A stretch of DNA of 64,000 nucleotides, taken from Candidatus Shapirobacteria bacterium (GTDB lineage: Bacteria; Patescibacteriota; Microgenomatia; UBA12405). The position numbers and the translations under genes were made by a program. The notes beneath the pieces are model-generated. The model did no database searches. It worked only from the letters and a program-made list of their open reading frames with translations, and was not told where the DNA came from. How positions within the stretch are numbered: the stretch's first letter is position 1; the number at the start of each line of letters is the position of its first letter. Location of the stretch: assembly GCA_041665485.1 (NCBI GenBank), contig JBAYIT010000002.1, forward strand, positions 5,867 through 69,866, given 5' to 3'. Of the stretch, positions 37,579-47,693 are shown piece by piece.

Positions 37579-38266
37579 ACTAGATACTGCAATATTATTG
37601 AAACAGCTTCATTTTAATGATTTCCAGTATCAATCCTCCGTTTTGTCCCACACCAATCATCGCTTAAATATTATGCTTCAGTTCTCTGGAAACAATCAAA
37701 GAGTATTGGATTTAGGTTGTGGTATCGGATATTTTATGGAAATGTTACAAACCAAACATTCAAAAGTGTTTGGAGTAGACATATCAAAAAAGGCTTTATT
37801 AACCGCCAAAAGAAAGGGGCTAAACGTCATCCAATCAAACTTCGAATCAAAACTCCCATTTGACGATAATCAGTTTGATGTTGTAACCGCCGGCGAAATA
37901 ATTGAACACCTCTATAACACCTCTTTATTTTTAGCCGAAATTAGACGAATTTTAAAGAAAAACGGAACGCTTATTATGTCTACTCCAAATGTCGCTTCTT
38001 TAGGTAGAAGATTAATGTTATTATTCGGCGTTAGTCCTTTTCTGGAAACAGAATTATCAAAAACTGATGCTGGCCATGTTCGCTACTTCACTAAAAAGTC
38101 ATTGCTTTCTTTATTGACTAAAAACAAATTTAAACCAGTCCGCCACACATCGGATTCAATCAACTTTAACAACAAACTAGATAGTAAATTAAGATCAAAA
38201 ACATTAGCCAAAGTTTTTCCGACTCTAGGCGCCAGCATTATTGTTGCCTGTATTAACCAGAAATGA
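37460..38266 (+). CDS. Class I SAM-dependent methyltransferase
   Basis: 'RVLDLGCGIGYFMEML' motif I, 'FDVVTAGEIIEHL' and 'LKKNGTLIMSTPN'. The start is uncertain because the ORF overlaps the rSAM gene by 119 nt; the real start is probably downstream (e.g. 37538 or 37673). Confidence 0.65.
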   Translation: MFSLLIFLFAKSFPFGLFMILSFLLAMPSNTSKKSGILNKLDTAILLKQLHFNDFQYQSSVLSHTNHRLNIMLQFSGNNQRVLDLGCGIGYFMEMLQTKHSKVFGVDISKKALLTAKRKGLNVIQSNFESKLPFDDNQFDVVTAGEIIEHLYNTSLFLAEIRRILKKNGTLIMSTPNVASLGRRLMLLFGVSPFLETELSKTDAGHVRYFTKKSLLSLLTKNKFKPVRHTSDSINFNNKLDSKLRSKTLAKVFPTLGASIIVACINQK

Positions 38267-38270
38267 ACCC

Positions 38271-39461
38271 ATGAAACTCAATATCCTTTTTATAATTAAC
38301 GGTCTTGGTTTTTCAAAAAATACCGGTATTGGTGGGTCTGATAAAAGAGCCATTGAGATTGTTAGAAATGCAAAGTTGCTTTATCCAAGCTCTAATTTCG
38401 ATATTATGACCACTGAATCCGGTTATGCCATCTTCTCCCAACAAGAAAAACTAGAAACCAACTATAACATTATTAAAAGACCTAAATGGTGGCCGAGAAT
38501 TTTTGAAAAAACCCTATTGGGAAGATTATTTTCCTACTTTTACTGCACCATTTTCGCCACACACAAGATTATTAACCTTAAAAAATACGATATCGTTTTT
38601 TCCACCAGTGATTTTTTCTTCGATATTATCCCAGCAACCATCTCTAAAACAGTCAACCACCAAAAAATCGTAGCAATGATTCATCATCACATCGCCAGCC
38701 CCTTAAAGCGAAAAGGCGACTTATTGGTCAATATTTTTAATTTCTTATCTCAACAGTTTAGTTATTGGTGGATTAAAAACAATTTTGATTCTGTTTTTTT
38801 ATACAACACTCAAGAAGGTAGACACATCTCCCACTTACTTCTTGGTAGTAAAAAGATCACATTTTATTTTACCGAAAACGGTATAGATAGAGAAAAAATT
38901 GACAACGTTAAAAGTAAATTTAAAAAATACGACGCCTGCTTTGTTGGTGGAATAAGATATAGCAAAGGAATTTTGGACATATTGAACATATGGGAAATAG
39001 TCATTAAAAATTTTCCAAAATCAAAGATCGCCATTGTTGGTGGCGGAAGCAATGAAATAATTAAAAAGTTCAAATCAGAAATTATAATACGAAACTTGAC
39101 CAAAAACGTCTATTTGACTGGACCTCAAAGTAATCAAGAAACAATCTCAATAATGAAACAAAGCAAAATATTTCTCTTTCCCAGCCATGAAGAAGGGTGG
39201 GGGATTGCCCTGAATGAGGCATTGTACTGTGGTCTTCCGACAGTCTGTTACAATCTTCCTGCCTTTTCCATATTTAAGAAATTTCTTTACACTTCAAAAA
39301 TTGGTCACTGGCAAAAATTAGCATCTCACATGATTAAACTTCTCAATTCCAATGTCAATAAATCCAAATCCACTCAATCAATAAAATTTGCCAGTAAGTT
39401 TAACTGGAAGAGTATTACCGTCAAAGACATTAATTTTATTAATTCAATTAATCGTGGATAA
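38271..39461 (+). CDS. GT4 (GT-B fold) glycosyltransferase
   Basis: 'IFLFPSHEEGWGIALNEALYCGLPTVCYNLPAF' EX7E region. The ORF begins at 38241; M11 at 38271 (MKLNILFI) is likely. Confidence 0.7.
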   Translation: MKLNILFIINGLGFSKNTGIGGSDKRAIEIVRNAKLLYPSSNFDIMTTESGYAIFSQQEKLETNYNIIKRPKWWPRIFEKTLLGRLFSYFYCTIFATHKIINLKKYDIVFSTSDFFFDIIPATISKTVNHQKIVAMIHHHIASPLKRKGDLLVNIFNFLSQQFSYWWIKNNFDSVFLYNTQEGRHISHLLLGSKKITFYFTENGIDREKIDNVKSKFKKYDACFVGGIRYSKGILDILNIWEIVIKNFPKSKIAIVGGGSNEIIKKFKSEIIIRNLTKNVYLTGPQSNQETISIMKQSKIFLFPSHEEGWGIALNEALYCGLPTVCYNLPAFSIFKKFLYTSKIGHWQKLASHMIKLLNSNVNKSKSTQSIKFASKFNWKSITVKDINFINSINRG

Positions 39462-40182
39462 TAAAAAGTTTGAATACGACTATTTCCACAAAGAAACTCA
39501 CAGTAACTACCGTGGTTATCACTATCGAGATGTCTATCCCGCCTTCAATTCATATGCCCATATTCTCGTTGGTATGTTAAACCCTAAAAAGATGCTTGAT
39601 ATTGGTTGTGCTAAAGGATACCTGGTTCTCGCTTTCCATAGATTGAAGGTCGATGCCTACGGAGTCGATATCTCTCGTTATGCTATAACCCATGGCCATC
39701 CTGCTATTAAATCCAAAATTAGGGTTCACAATATCGAAACAAAAAAATTACCCTATCCTGATGGTTATTTTGACCTTGTAACCTCATGTGAAGTAATTGA
39801 GCATGTTGTTAAACACAAGCTTGTTTTTAAGGAAATAAAGCGAGTCTTATCTCCCAACGGCATTGTTTTTTTAACTACTCCAGTTAAAAATATTTTAAAT
39901 AAAGACGGTGTCCCAGCCGACAAAACCCACGTCAGTGTTTTTCCCAGAAAAAAATGGCTAAAAATGTTTGATCAAATTTCATTGAAATCAATCAGTGGAC
40001 TTCGCTATCTCAAACTATCTCTAAATCTCACCAATACTATGTATCAAAACCCTGCCAAAAGCAATCTCGGCCAATTTTTGGAAAAATTGGGAGTAATTGG
40101 CCGAAAATTAAGATTTCTAATCCTATTTTATGATGTTTTTTTTCATTATCAAACTGATGTCTTTCTTCTTAAAAAAAGCTAA
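39388..40182 (+). CDS. Class I SAM-dependent methyltransferase (paralog of 37460..38266)
   Basis: 'KMLDIGCAKGYLVLAF', 'FDLVTSCEVIEHV', 'LSPNGIVFLTTP'. The N-terminus overlaps the upstream GT4 by about 70 nt in another frame, so the true start is probably later or non-ATG. Confidence 0.6.
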   Translation: MPVSLTGRVLPSKTLILLIQLIVDNKKFEYDYFHKETHSNYRGYHYRDVYPAFNSYAHILVGMLNPKKMLDIGCAKGYLVLAFHRLKVDAYGVDISRYAITHGHPAIKSKIRVHNIETKKLPYPDGYFDLVTSCEVIEHVVKHKLVFKEIKRVLSPNGIVFLTTPVKNILNKDGVPADKTHVSVFPRKKWLKMFDQISLKSISGLRYLKLSLNLTNTMYQNPAKSNLGQFLEKLGVIGRKLRFLILFYDVFFHYQTDVFLLKKS

Positions 40183-41324
40183 TTGCCCACCACCTTTTTA
40201 TAGACTTCCAGAGTTTGTTCAGCAAACCTTTGCCAAGAGAAACATTTCGCTCTTTTGATACTTTTTTTTATCATCTCTCTTCTTTTTTCTCCTTTTAAAT
40301 TAAGGATTTTATTCAATTCTTCCGCCATTTGGTTAGTGTCGTTTGGATCAACTAAAACAGCGGCATCCTTTACGACCTCTTTCATTGCCCCACAGTTACT
40401 TGTTATTACCGGACAACCACATGCCATCGATTCAACCAGAGGAAGTCCAAAACCTTCTTCAAATGAAGGGAAAAACATCACATCAGCCGCCGAATAATAT
40501 TTTGCCACTTCTTTTTCGGAAAAACTCTCTCGGTAAATAACTTTATTGTTCAAACGATGCTTCTTAAGCATGTTACCAATTTCACTAGTTTTATTTCCTA
40601 AACGGATTAAAACAACTTCATCATCCAGATCATATTTTTTCTTTAATATCGCCAATGCCTCAACCACACCAAGCACATTTTTTCTCGCCAATTCATTGCC
40701 AACATGAAGCACAATTTTCTTGCTTTTTGCTAGTTTCAATTCATCTCTAGCTCTATTTTTTGGATATGGCTTAAAAATCTCATGATTAACTCCGCTATAT
40801 ACAACACTTATCTTTTTCGGGTCAACACTTAATATTTTTATAGCTTCGCACTTGGTATATTCCGACACGCAAATAACTGCGTCCGCCTTTTTCAAGCGAA
40901 GAATACTCATTCTTATTAACCGACCATAAATTCCATCAAGAAATTTGTTACCTAACTTATCATGATATTTAAACTGTAGCACGTCAAACAAGGTCACCAC
41001 ATTGGGTCGATAATAATCGACCAAAAACCCCAACATCTGATTAGTAATATGATAAACATCATATCCCTTAGGAAGCCTAAATCTATCCACAAAATAAATT
41101 AAAAACCGGGAGATATTCGGGTGATCAAAATAGGCAAACTTTTGTAAAAAGTTAACCCCTTTATTTTCCACCCAGCCTAGCTCCCCCTTTTTTATTACAT
41201 GCGTACAAAATAAGTCAGCCTTCACTTTATCTATTTTTTTAAACATCATCCATAAAGCATAGGCGTTTCTTCCTGCACCGGAATATGGGGGAAAATTATT
41301 AATCAAGCACACTTTCATAATCAA
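40179..41324 (-). CDS. GT4 (GT-B fold) glycosyltransferase
   Basis: 'MFFPSFEEGFGLPLVESMACGCPVITSNCGAMKEVV' EX7E region. Convergent with the methyltransferase and overlaps it by 4 nt. Confidence 0.75.
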   Translation of the reverse strand: MIMKVCLINNFPPYSGAGRNAYALWMMFKKIDKVKADLFCTHVIKKGELGWVENKGVNFLQKFAYFDHPNISRFLIYFVDRFRLPKGYDVYHITNQMLGFLVDYYRPNVVTLFDVLQFKYHDKLGNKFLDGIYGRLIRMSILRLKKADAVICVSEYTKCEAIKILSVDPKKISVVYSGVNHEIFKPYPKNRARDELKLAKSKKIVLHVGNELARKNVLGVVEALAILKKKYDLDDEVVLIRLGNKTSEIGNMLKKHRLNNKVIYRESFSEKEVAKYYSAADVMFFPSFEEGFGLPLVESMACGCPVITSNCGAMKEVVKDAAVLVDPNDTNQMAEELNKILNLKGEKRREMIKKSIKRAKCFSWQRFAEQTLEVYKKVVGN

Positions 41325-42757
41325 AGATTGAGCCTTAACTTTAACTTCAATAAAACAAAATTAATCAAACGCTTAATCGGTCCAATTTTTATCATCCTAA
41401 AAATAACCTTAGTTAAAAAAGTTTTGTATATCAACCAAGACAGCAAAAAAGCTATTGCCAAACCGCCCAGCTTTCTCGTCATATCCCTTCTTTTTAATTC
41501 CATATTTACCCAACTTCCCAAAACTAATGCCTTTTTCCTCTCTTCGGCAGTAAAATCCTTTGTTTCAAAAATAGGCACAAATTCCAAATGGGCAATTGTG
41601 TTCAAATAATTATTCGGTTGTAATATAAATAGGCCATTATCTGTCACCCATTTAAACAATTCTGTCCCGGGAAATGGAATAAGATTATAAAAAGTTGCCG
41701 TACTTATTGGATATTTCAGCGCAAAGTCGATTGACTTTTTAAATGTTTTCGTCGTTTCTCCGGGCAAACCGACTATAAAAAACAACGATACCTCTAAGCC
41801 GACTTTCAACGCCATCTTAACCGCTTTTTCAATCTGCTTGTTCGTTTCACCCTTCTTAACTCTTACTAACACTTCTGAATCGAAAGTCTCCACTCCAAAG
41901 GCAATCGCTTTAAAGCCAACGTCTTTCATTCTCTTTAATAATTCCTCGGTAGACAAATCAGCCCTAATCCCATTACCGCATTGCATAAACAAGTCTTTCA
42001 TTTTAGCCTTTTCAATCAAATCAAAAAGTCTGTAGACTCTTTCTTTATTTACGGTAAAATTGTCGTCCTGAAAGTCAAAATCTCTATAACCAATGTCATA
42101 CCAGTATTTCAATTCGGAAAAAATATTTTCTGCAGAACGAAAACGATACCGTTTTCCCATAACCGTCGAAATTGGACAAAATATACACTGATAGGGGCAT
42201 CCTCGCGAAGAAATTATTGGCACCCTTTTCCGGGTATACTGGCTCATATCTACATTTTTATATTTTGGAAACGGGATTAAATCAAGTTCCTCGATAATCA
42301 TCGGCTGATTTATCTTCAATTTCTTATTCTGTCTATAAATTAGGCCATCAATCTGTTTTAGTGGTTTGCCTTTACAAAATTCAACTAAAGAGATTTCTGC
42401 CTCATTCATAAATCCATAGTCAGCCCCACTTTCTTTTACTGCCACTTCTTTTAAGGTCGAAACATGAGGACCACCAACAGCAATGGGTTTATCAAATTGT
42501 TTAAGAAAACCAACTATTTCATACGCTAAATTATGATAATAGGTCATCACCGTCACCCCAAATAAATCTGGTTTAAACTCTTCAATTGTTCTTCTCAGTA
42601 TTTCATAGCCATTACCCAATCGGAAATCCACCACTCGACTTTCAATTCCATTAACCTCAAGACTCTGTGATAAATAACCGATACCAGTATGAGGATGTGT
42701 CGGTAATCCATACCTATTTGGAAACGGTGGTATACAAAATAGAACTTTCTTAATCAT
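41321..42757 (-). CDS. B12-binding-domain radical SAM enzyme (class B rSAM; second copy)
   Basis: N-terminal B12-binding-like domain ('DLFGVTVMTYY...IAVGGPH') followed by 'SSRGCPYQCIFCPIS' (CxxxCxxC). 478 aa. Confidence 0.7.
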   Translation of the reverse strand: MIKKVLFCIPPFPNRYGLPTHPHTGIGYLSQSLEVNGIESRVVDFRLGNGYEILRRTIEEFKPDLFGVTVMTYYHNLAYEIVGFLKQFDKPIAVGGPHVSTLKEVAVKESGADYGFMNEAEISLVEFCKGKPLKQIDGLIYRQNKKLKINQPMIIEELDLIPFPKYKNVDMSQYTRKRVPIISSRGCPYQCIFCPISTVMGKRYRFRSAENIFSELKYWYDIGYRDFDFQDDNFTVNKERVYRLFDLIEKAKMKDLFMQCGNGIRADLSTEELLKRMKDVGFKAIAFGVETFDSEVLVRVKKGETNKQIEKAVKMALKVGLEVSLFFIVGLPGETTKTFKKSIDFALKYPISTATFYNLIPFPGTELFKWVTDNGLFILQPNNYLNTIAHLEFVPIFETKDFTAEERKKALVLGSWVNMELKRRDMTRKLGGLAIAFLLSWLIYKTFLTKVIFRMIKIGPIKRLINFVLLKLKLRLNL

Positions 42758-43868
42758 TTTTAATCACCTCTAAATATTCTTTTTCATACAATCTAATTTG
42801 TTTTTCCCAATCAAACATCAAAGATCTTTTCTTTGAATTGTTTGCCAATGTTTTTCTTAAATTACCATCACCAACAACCTCAATTAACTTATTTGTCAGA
42901 TCAACACTATCGCTCTTTCTAAAAAATAATCCGCTGTCAGCCACAACTTCCGGGCAAGCATCAACATCTGTTGCCACTATCGGCAATCCCGCCGCCATCG
43001 CTTCAATAAAAACTATTCCAAACCACTCTTCTTTACTGGTCAATAAAAAAAGATTGGCAACGCCATAGTAATACGGCAGTTCATCATCAGTCACGAAACC
43101 TAACATCTTTACGGTCGATCTCAATTTCCTTTTTTTAATTTCTATCTCGATCTCCCCCTTTGATATCCCGGTTCCCGCAATCATAAACTTTATCTTTCCA
43201 TTAATTTTTCTAATTCGATCGGCCGCTTTTATTAGGGTTAAAAGGTCCTTTCTCGGTTCGAGTCGGCAAACCGTTAAAATCATAAATTCGCCCTTCTTAA
43301 CCAACTTTGATCTTAAAGTCCCCAATCTCTCTTTATCTAAAACAAATTTTTTAAAATCAATCCCGATATAAATCAGTTTTGAAACTAAACCGTGCCTTTG
43401 TTTGTAAATCATAGCTTCATACTTTGAAATAGCGATTCTTTGATTGGCAAATTTCGCCGCTTGAGCCTCCATCGGTGTATACCCCTCTAATATAAAGATA
43501 AATGGCACACCAAATAACCATCGATAAAGCCTTGCTATTACAGCTTCTGTAACAAAATGAACTGAAATAACATCATATCTTTCACCGCCTAGTTTCAATT
43601 TTAACAGCATAATCATCGATTTAAACATGAAAAGTAAAGTATAAAAATATACCCGCCAGTCGTTATATGAATGATCTGTTTCCCTATAACTTTTACTAAT
43701 TCTTATAACTTTGATTGCCTTATCTAAGTCAGTCAACCTCTCGCCCTCTCTCGTCAATATTGTTATTGTATGCCCTAATTGACTAAAACGCTTTGCTAAC
43801 TCCAACAGATGCGTTTCTGTACCGCCACCATGAACCCCCACCCAACGATGAAAAAATAGAACTTTCAT
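42750..43868 (-). CDS. GT4 (GT-B fold) glycosyltransferase
   Basis: 'LLTSKEEWFGIVFIEAMAAGLPIVATDVDACPEVV'. Confidence 0.75.
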   Translation of the reverse strand: MKVLFFHRWVGVHGGGTETHLLELAKRFSQLGHTITILTREGERLTDLDKAIKVIRISKSYRETDHSYNDWRVYFYTLLFMFKSMIMLLKLKLGGERYDVISVHFVTEAVIARLYRWLFGVPFIFILEGYTPMEAQAAKFANQRIAISKYEAMIYKQRHGLVSKLIYIGIDFKKFVLDKERLGTLRSKLVKKGEFMILTVCRLEPRKDLLTLIKAADRIRKINGKIKFMIAGTGISKGEIEIEIKKRKLRSTVKMLGFVTDDELPYYYGVANLFLLTSKEEWFGIVFIEAMAAGLPIVATDVDACPEVVADSGLFFRKSDSVDLTNKLIEVVGDGNLRKTLANNSKKRSLMFDWEKQIRLYEKEYLEVIKND

Positions 43869-44827
43869 GTTTTAAATATTCCCTCCACATATCCGGTAAT
43901 ACCTTTAAGTTGTGAAACATCTTTTTTAGACACAGCCGAATACATCCAATAAACATTAAGCACTAAAATATTCAAGACAGCTCCCAATAAAGATCTTAAA
44001 CTTTTTGGTCGTAAATGCTTTCGGTGAAATATGCCGGTGTCTTTACCTATGTAATAGGCGTTTCTTGATGGTCCGATTCTTACCATATGTTTTACTTTTA
44101 TTTTAGGAGAAAAAATGAGCTTGTATTCAGCTTGCTTAATTCTCAAGAACAAATCTCCGTCAGCATGGTTAAAATTATATATCTCATCAAAGCCGCCAAG
44201 CTCATCTAACACCTCTCTTTTAATTCCCATGCTTGTCGTTGTCAATAAATCTATTTCAGCTCGAGAAAAATTAATCGATTCTGGCAAGGCTGTCCCAAAC
44301 GAATACGCTCCACTACCAAAGTACTTTCCCGGTACCGTAGGACAATTTTCCATTGCTAGATAAATATACGGACCAATAAACATTTTTCCCAGTACACTGG
44401 ATCTCATTTTTAAATATAAACTATGCATTTCACCGGTTGGGTAACAACTAGAAATTACTGGCCCACTAACAGCTGCAATTCTCTCATTCTTATCTAATTC
44501 AATCTTGATATTTTTTAACCAATCTTTGTCAGCCACTGCATCATCAGCCAAAAAAGCAACATATTCAGTTTTTACTTCCTTCCATCCTATGTTGAACAAA
44601 ACTGATAATCTTTTTATCGAGCAGACCACCACTTTCACCTCAATTTTATTCAAAAACAATTTAACAATCTTCTCAACACCAATCTGATTAACATTATTTT
44701 CAACCAAAACCACTTTAAAATTCCGATAACTCTGTTGCGCCAATGAATCCAGACATTTTTCCAAGTCAACACCTCTATAATTGTGTGGATAGGTATTAAC
44801 CACTACGGTAATCATTTCTTTAGTCAT
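43865..44827 (-). CDS. GT2 family glycosyltransferase
   Basis: 'ITVVVNTYPHNYRG..LEKCLDSLAQQSY.NFKVVLVEN' and 'LADDAVADKDW' are a GT-A-like N-terminal domain. Confidence 0.6.
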   Translation of the reverse strand: MTKEMITVVVNTYPHNYRGVDLEKCLDSLAQQSYRNFKVVLVENNVNQIGVEKIVKLFLNKIEVKVVVCSIKRLSVLFNIGWKEVKTEYVAFLADDAVADKDWLKNIKIELDKNERIAAVSGPVISSCYPTGEMHSLYLKMRSSVLGKMFIGPYIYLAMENCPTVPGKYFGSGAYSFGTALPESINFSRAEIDLLTTTSMGIKREVLDELGGFDEIYNFNHADGDLFLRIKQAEYKLIFSPKIKVKHMVRIGPSRNAYYIGKDTGIFHRKHLRPKSLRSLLGAVLNILVLNVYWMYSAVSKKDVSQLKGITGYVEGIFKT

Positions 44828-45980
44828 TTTTTAAGGCCTTTTGATACACGTCAACAGTTTTCTGTCCGACTACTTGCCAACCTCTTTTCCTAGCCGTTTT
44901 CAATGCCCCATTCTCTAGTTTCTCTTTCAACCCTTTCTCCAACACTAAACGATTCATTACGTTGGTTAAACTTTCTATGTTTCCAGATTGGCAATACAGA
45001 CCACTAACACCATCTTCAATCTCTTCCGACAACGTTCCGATCTTAGCTACCACCACCGCCTTCCCAAAACCCAATGCTATTGACAGAGGCAAGCTCGAAG
45101 AGATTGATCGCGTATATGGGAAAACTACAAAATTGGCCTTTTCGTAAAATTTATCTATTTCTTTCTGGCTCAAAAAACCGGTAAAGACAACTTTGTTCTT
45201 TAACTTTAACCTCGCCACCACCATTCTAAGATGCTTCATGTAGTCCTCATAACCACTTAAAACTCCGCCAGCAATTACTAATCGGGCCCTCGGACTGATT
45301 TTCAAATGTTTCTCGAAAGCAATTATAAGTTCATCCAAACCTTTTCTTTCCAGTACATAGCCAAAAAATAAAACCAAATGATTTTTAATTTTACCGCATT
45401 TTCTTTCTTCTATTCCTATTGTTACAACACTGACGCGACTTCTCATCCCATAGTCTCTTTGGCAAACCTCTTTCGTATAGTTCGAGTGGACAATAACCAT
45501 ATTTGATAATCTCCAAACCAATCCAAAAAAAACCCTGAAACTCAAGCCAACCACCACAGGATTACCTTTAATTTTCATCATTTTTAAAAAATCAGCATCA
45601 ATTTCCCTTATCGATGGAATAGCGTGAATTGTCACCACCACTTTTTTGCCAGAAATTCTTAATAACAAAATTGCCATAGGAAGAGTAAACAAACCAAGAA
45701 GTCTGCCGTACATATTAAATTCGTGTTGAAAATGAACCAGCTCGACTTTTTCTTCTAATGCTTTCTTCAAAATTAAAAACGGAAACAAAAAATTGTTTTG
45801 CCAAAAAACAACGATCTTTTTATCCTTTTCCTTCTTTGCGTAGTCAACATTTTCTAGGCAGTAATCAACCCATAACCGAGGATTACTTCCACTATCTACC
45901 AATCCCTTATACAAATATCTTGTATAGTGAGTTTCCGGTTGAATCGTCGAAACAATCGCAACTTTTACCTCTTTTTTCAT
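44820..45980 (-). CDS. GT4-like (GT-B fold) glycosyltransferase
   Basis: 'VVFPYTRSISSSLPLSIALGFGKAVVVAKIGTLSEEIEDGVSGL' C-terminal donor-binding-like region. Confidence 0.6.
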   Translation of the reverse strand: MKKEVKVAIVSTIQPETHYTRYLYKGLVDSGSNPRLWVDYCLENVDYAKKEKDKKIVVFWQNNFLFPFLILKKALEEKVELVHFQHEFNMYGRLLGLFTLPMAILLLRISGKKVVVTIHAIPSIREIDADFLKMMKIKGNPVVVGLSFRVFFGLVWRLSNMVIVHSNYTKEVCQRDYGMRSRVSVVTIGIEERKCGKIKNHLVLFFGYVLERKGLDELIIAFEKHLKISPRARLVIAGGVLSGYEDYMKHLRMVVARLKLKNKVVFTGFLSQKEIDKFYEKANFVVFPYTRSISSSLPLSIALGFGKAVVVAKIGTLSEEIEDGVSGLYCQSGNIESLTNVMNRLVLEKGLKEKLENGALKTARKRGWQVVGQKTVDVYQKALKND

Positions 45981-47674
45981 AATTTATTGAGCGCTTCTCT
46001 GGCCGGAGAATAGTTTGGCACTGCTTGCAATATATAGTTAAAAATCTTTTTAGCTTCTTCATTGTTGCCTGCCTCCGCCTGAACTACCCCCATTACATAA
46101 ATTGCCTGTAAACTATTTGGTTGTAATTCTACTATTTTTTTGGCATGAACTAAAGCTAAATCAATCCTTTTTTCCGTCAAATCAATTTGAGTTAATGATA
46201 AATATGTTTGAAACATTGCCGGATTAAGGCTCAAAGCTGTTTGATAACTCTCTCTGGCCAAGTCTAATCTTCCGGTTTTAAAAAATATATTCGCTCGATT
46301 GTGATATGCATCAGCATAATTTGGTTTAACCAATACCGATTGAGTAAAACCCCTAACAGCATTGTCATATTGCCCTAATTTGTCGTAGTCATCACCGATG
46401 TTATTCCATGCATTGTGAGAGTTTGGAGACACCTGACAGGTATTAACCCAAAGGTTGTGGTTAGTTTGCCAATCAATATTTCGATAGAAGGTTCTAATGC
46501 TATAAACAGACAGTATAACTACCAAAAAAAAGGGGCCCAACTTTACAAAACCATCTATAATCGAATCAAACAGATACCCCAACAACAAAGCTACTCCGGT
46601 CGACCCAAGAAAAATGTATCTTTCCGCCACCAACCAACTGACTTTTATTGGTGCCATTGAAGAAGCTGTTGCCGCAAAAATGAAAGCTAAACAAAAAAAT
46701 ATTTTTTTGTTCTTCCAGAAAAAATACACCAAAGACACCAAGTAAGTAATTAATATGGACCAGTTTAACCAAACTGGAAAAATATACATTGTATGATAAA
46801 GCGTTAAATCAGCCGGAAACAAAGCAATTTGGAGATACTTAGCTGCAGCCGTCGGATATTGAAAAAGCGGATTATAAAAAATTTCACCAGAACCGTTAGT
46901 TCCTGAATTAACTTCGTTTATTCTATTAAAAATGTCATTTTTCAGCATTAGAAAAAGAATCGACCCAACTAAAAAGATCAAGATCAAGTACCACTTAATA
47001 AACAATCCTTTACTAATATTTTTTGACAAGGTCAAGACGTATATTGGCAAAATCAAGAATATGGCCAAGGAACGAACCGGTTCAAAATATGTTGCCACAG
47101 GAAGAAAGGCAAAAAAGTAATAAAGGTATTTCTTATTCTTTGTTGCATCATAAGCAGCAAAGAATAACAATAAAGCAAACATCCCAATCGCATTTAGCAA
47201 ATACGGTTTGCCTGAAATCCAAGAAACAGCTTCTACATGAACAGGTAAAACAGAAAACATTAAAACAGATATTTTTGCCACGTTTTTTCCGAAAGAAATA
47301 TTGGCAAAAATAAAAAACAGTAAAATCGACAATAAATACAAAGCAGTATTAGCAAAGTGAAAAGGGAAACTACTACCAACACCAAAAATCATAGCGATAA
47401 TGGCGTTTATTACTGATGGAGAACTTCTAAAACTTGAAAAAAGAATTGACAAATCTTTCACGTTTGAATTCTGAGTTATCGCCGCATAATCATCCGACAC
47501 AAAGTTGCCATTCAGCGAATTAAAATACAGTAAAAACACACCAACACACAAAGCCAACAAAAACTTCCAGTTTTCTTTAATAATCCCTCTAATTCCTAAA
47601 AAAGATTCGACCGGTCTGTCCACAATTTTTAAAACTTCTGCTCTTTTTATTCGTTTCAACCTCTTCTGTGACAT
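45977..47674 (-). CDS. Membrane protein with N-terminal polytopic (GT-C/O-antigen-ligase-like) domain and C-terminal TPR repeats (TMTC-like architecture)
   Basis: About 10 TM segments in the first roughly 390 aa, then TPR repeats ('AWNNIGDDYDKLGQYDNAVRGFTQSV...PNYADAYHNRANIFFKTGRLDLARESYQTALSLNP...'). Confidence 0.65.
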   Translation of the reverse strand: MSQKRLKRIKRAEVLKIVDRPVESFLGIRGIIKENWKFLLALCVGVFLLYFNSLNGNFVSDDYAAITQNSNVKDLSILFSSFRSSPSVINAIIAMIFGVGSSFPFHFANTALYLLSILLFFIFANISFGKNVAKISVLMFSVLPVHVEAVSWISGKPYLLNAIGMFALLLFFAAYDATKNKKYLYYFFAFLPVATYFEPVRSLAIFLILPIYVLTLSKNISKGLFIKWYLILIFLVGSILFLMLKNDIFNRINEVNSGTNGSGEIFYNPLFQYPTAAAKYLQIALFPADLTLYHTMYIFPVWLNWSILITYLVSLVYFFWKNKKIFFCLAFIFAATASSMAPIKVSWLVAERYIFLGSTGVALLLGYLFDSIIDGFVKLGPFFLVVILSVYSIRTFYRNIDWQTNHNLWVNTCQVSPNSHNAWNNIGDDYDKLGQYDNAVRGFTQSVLVKPNYADAYHNRANIFFKTGRLDLARESYQTALSLNPAMFQTYLSLTQIDLTEKRIDLALVHAKKIVELQPNSLQAIYVMGVVQAEAGNNEEAKKIFNYILQAVPNYSPAREALNKL

Positions 47675-47693
47675 ATCAAAATTCTATCATCTC

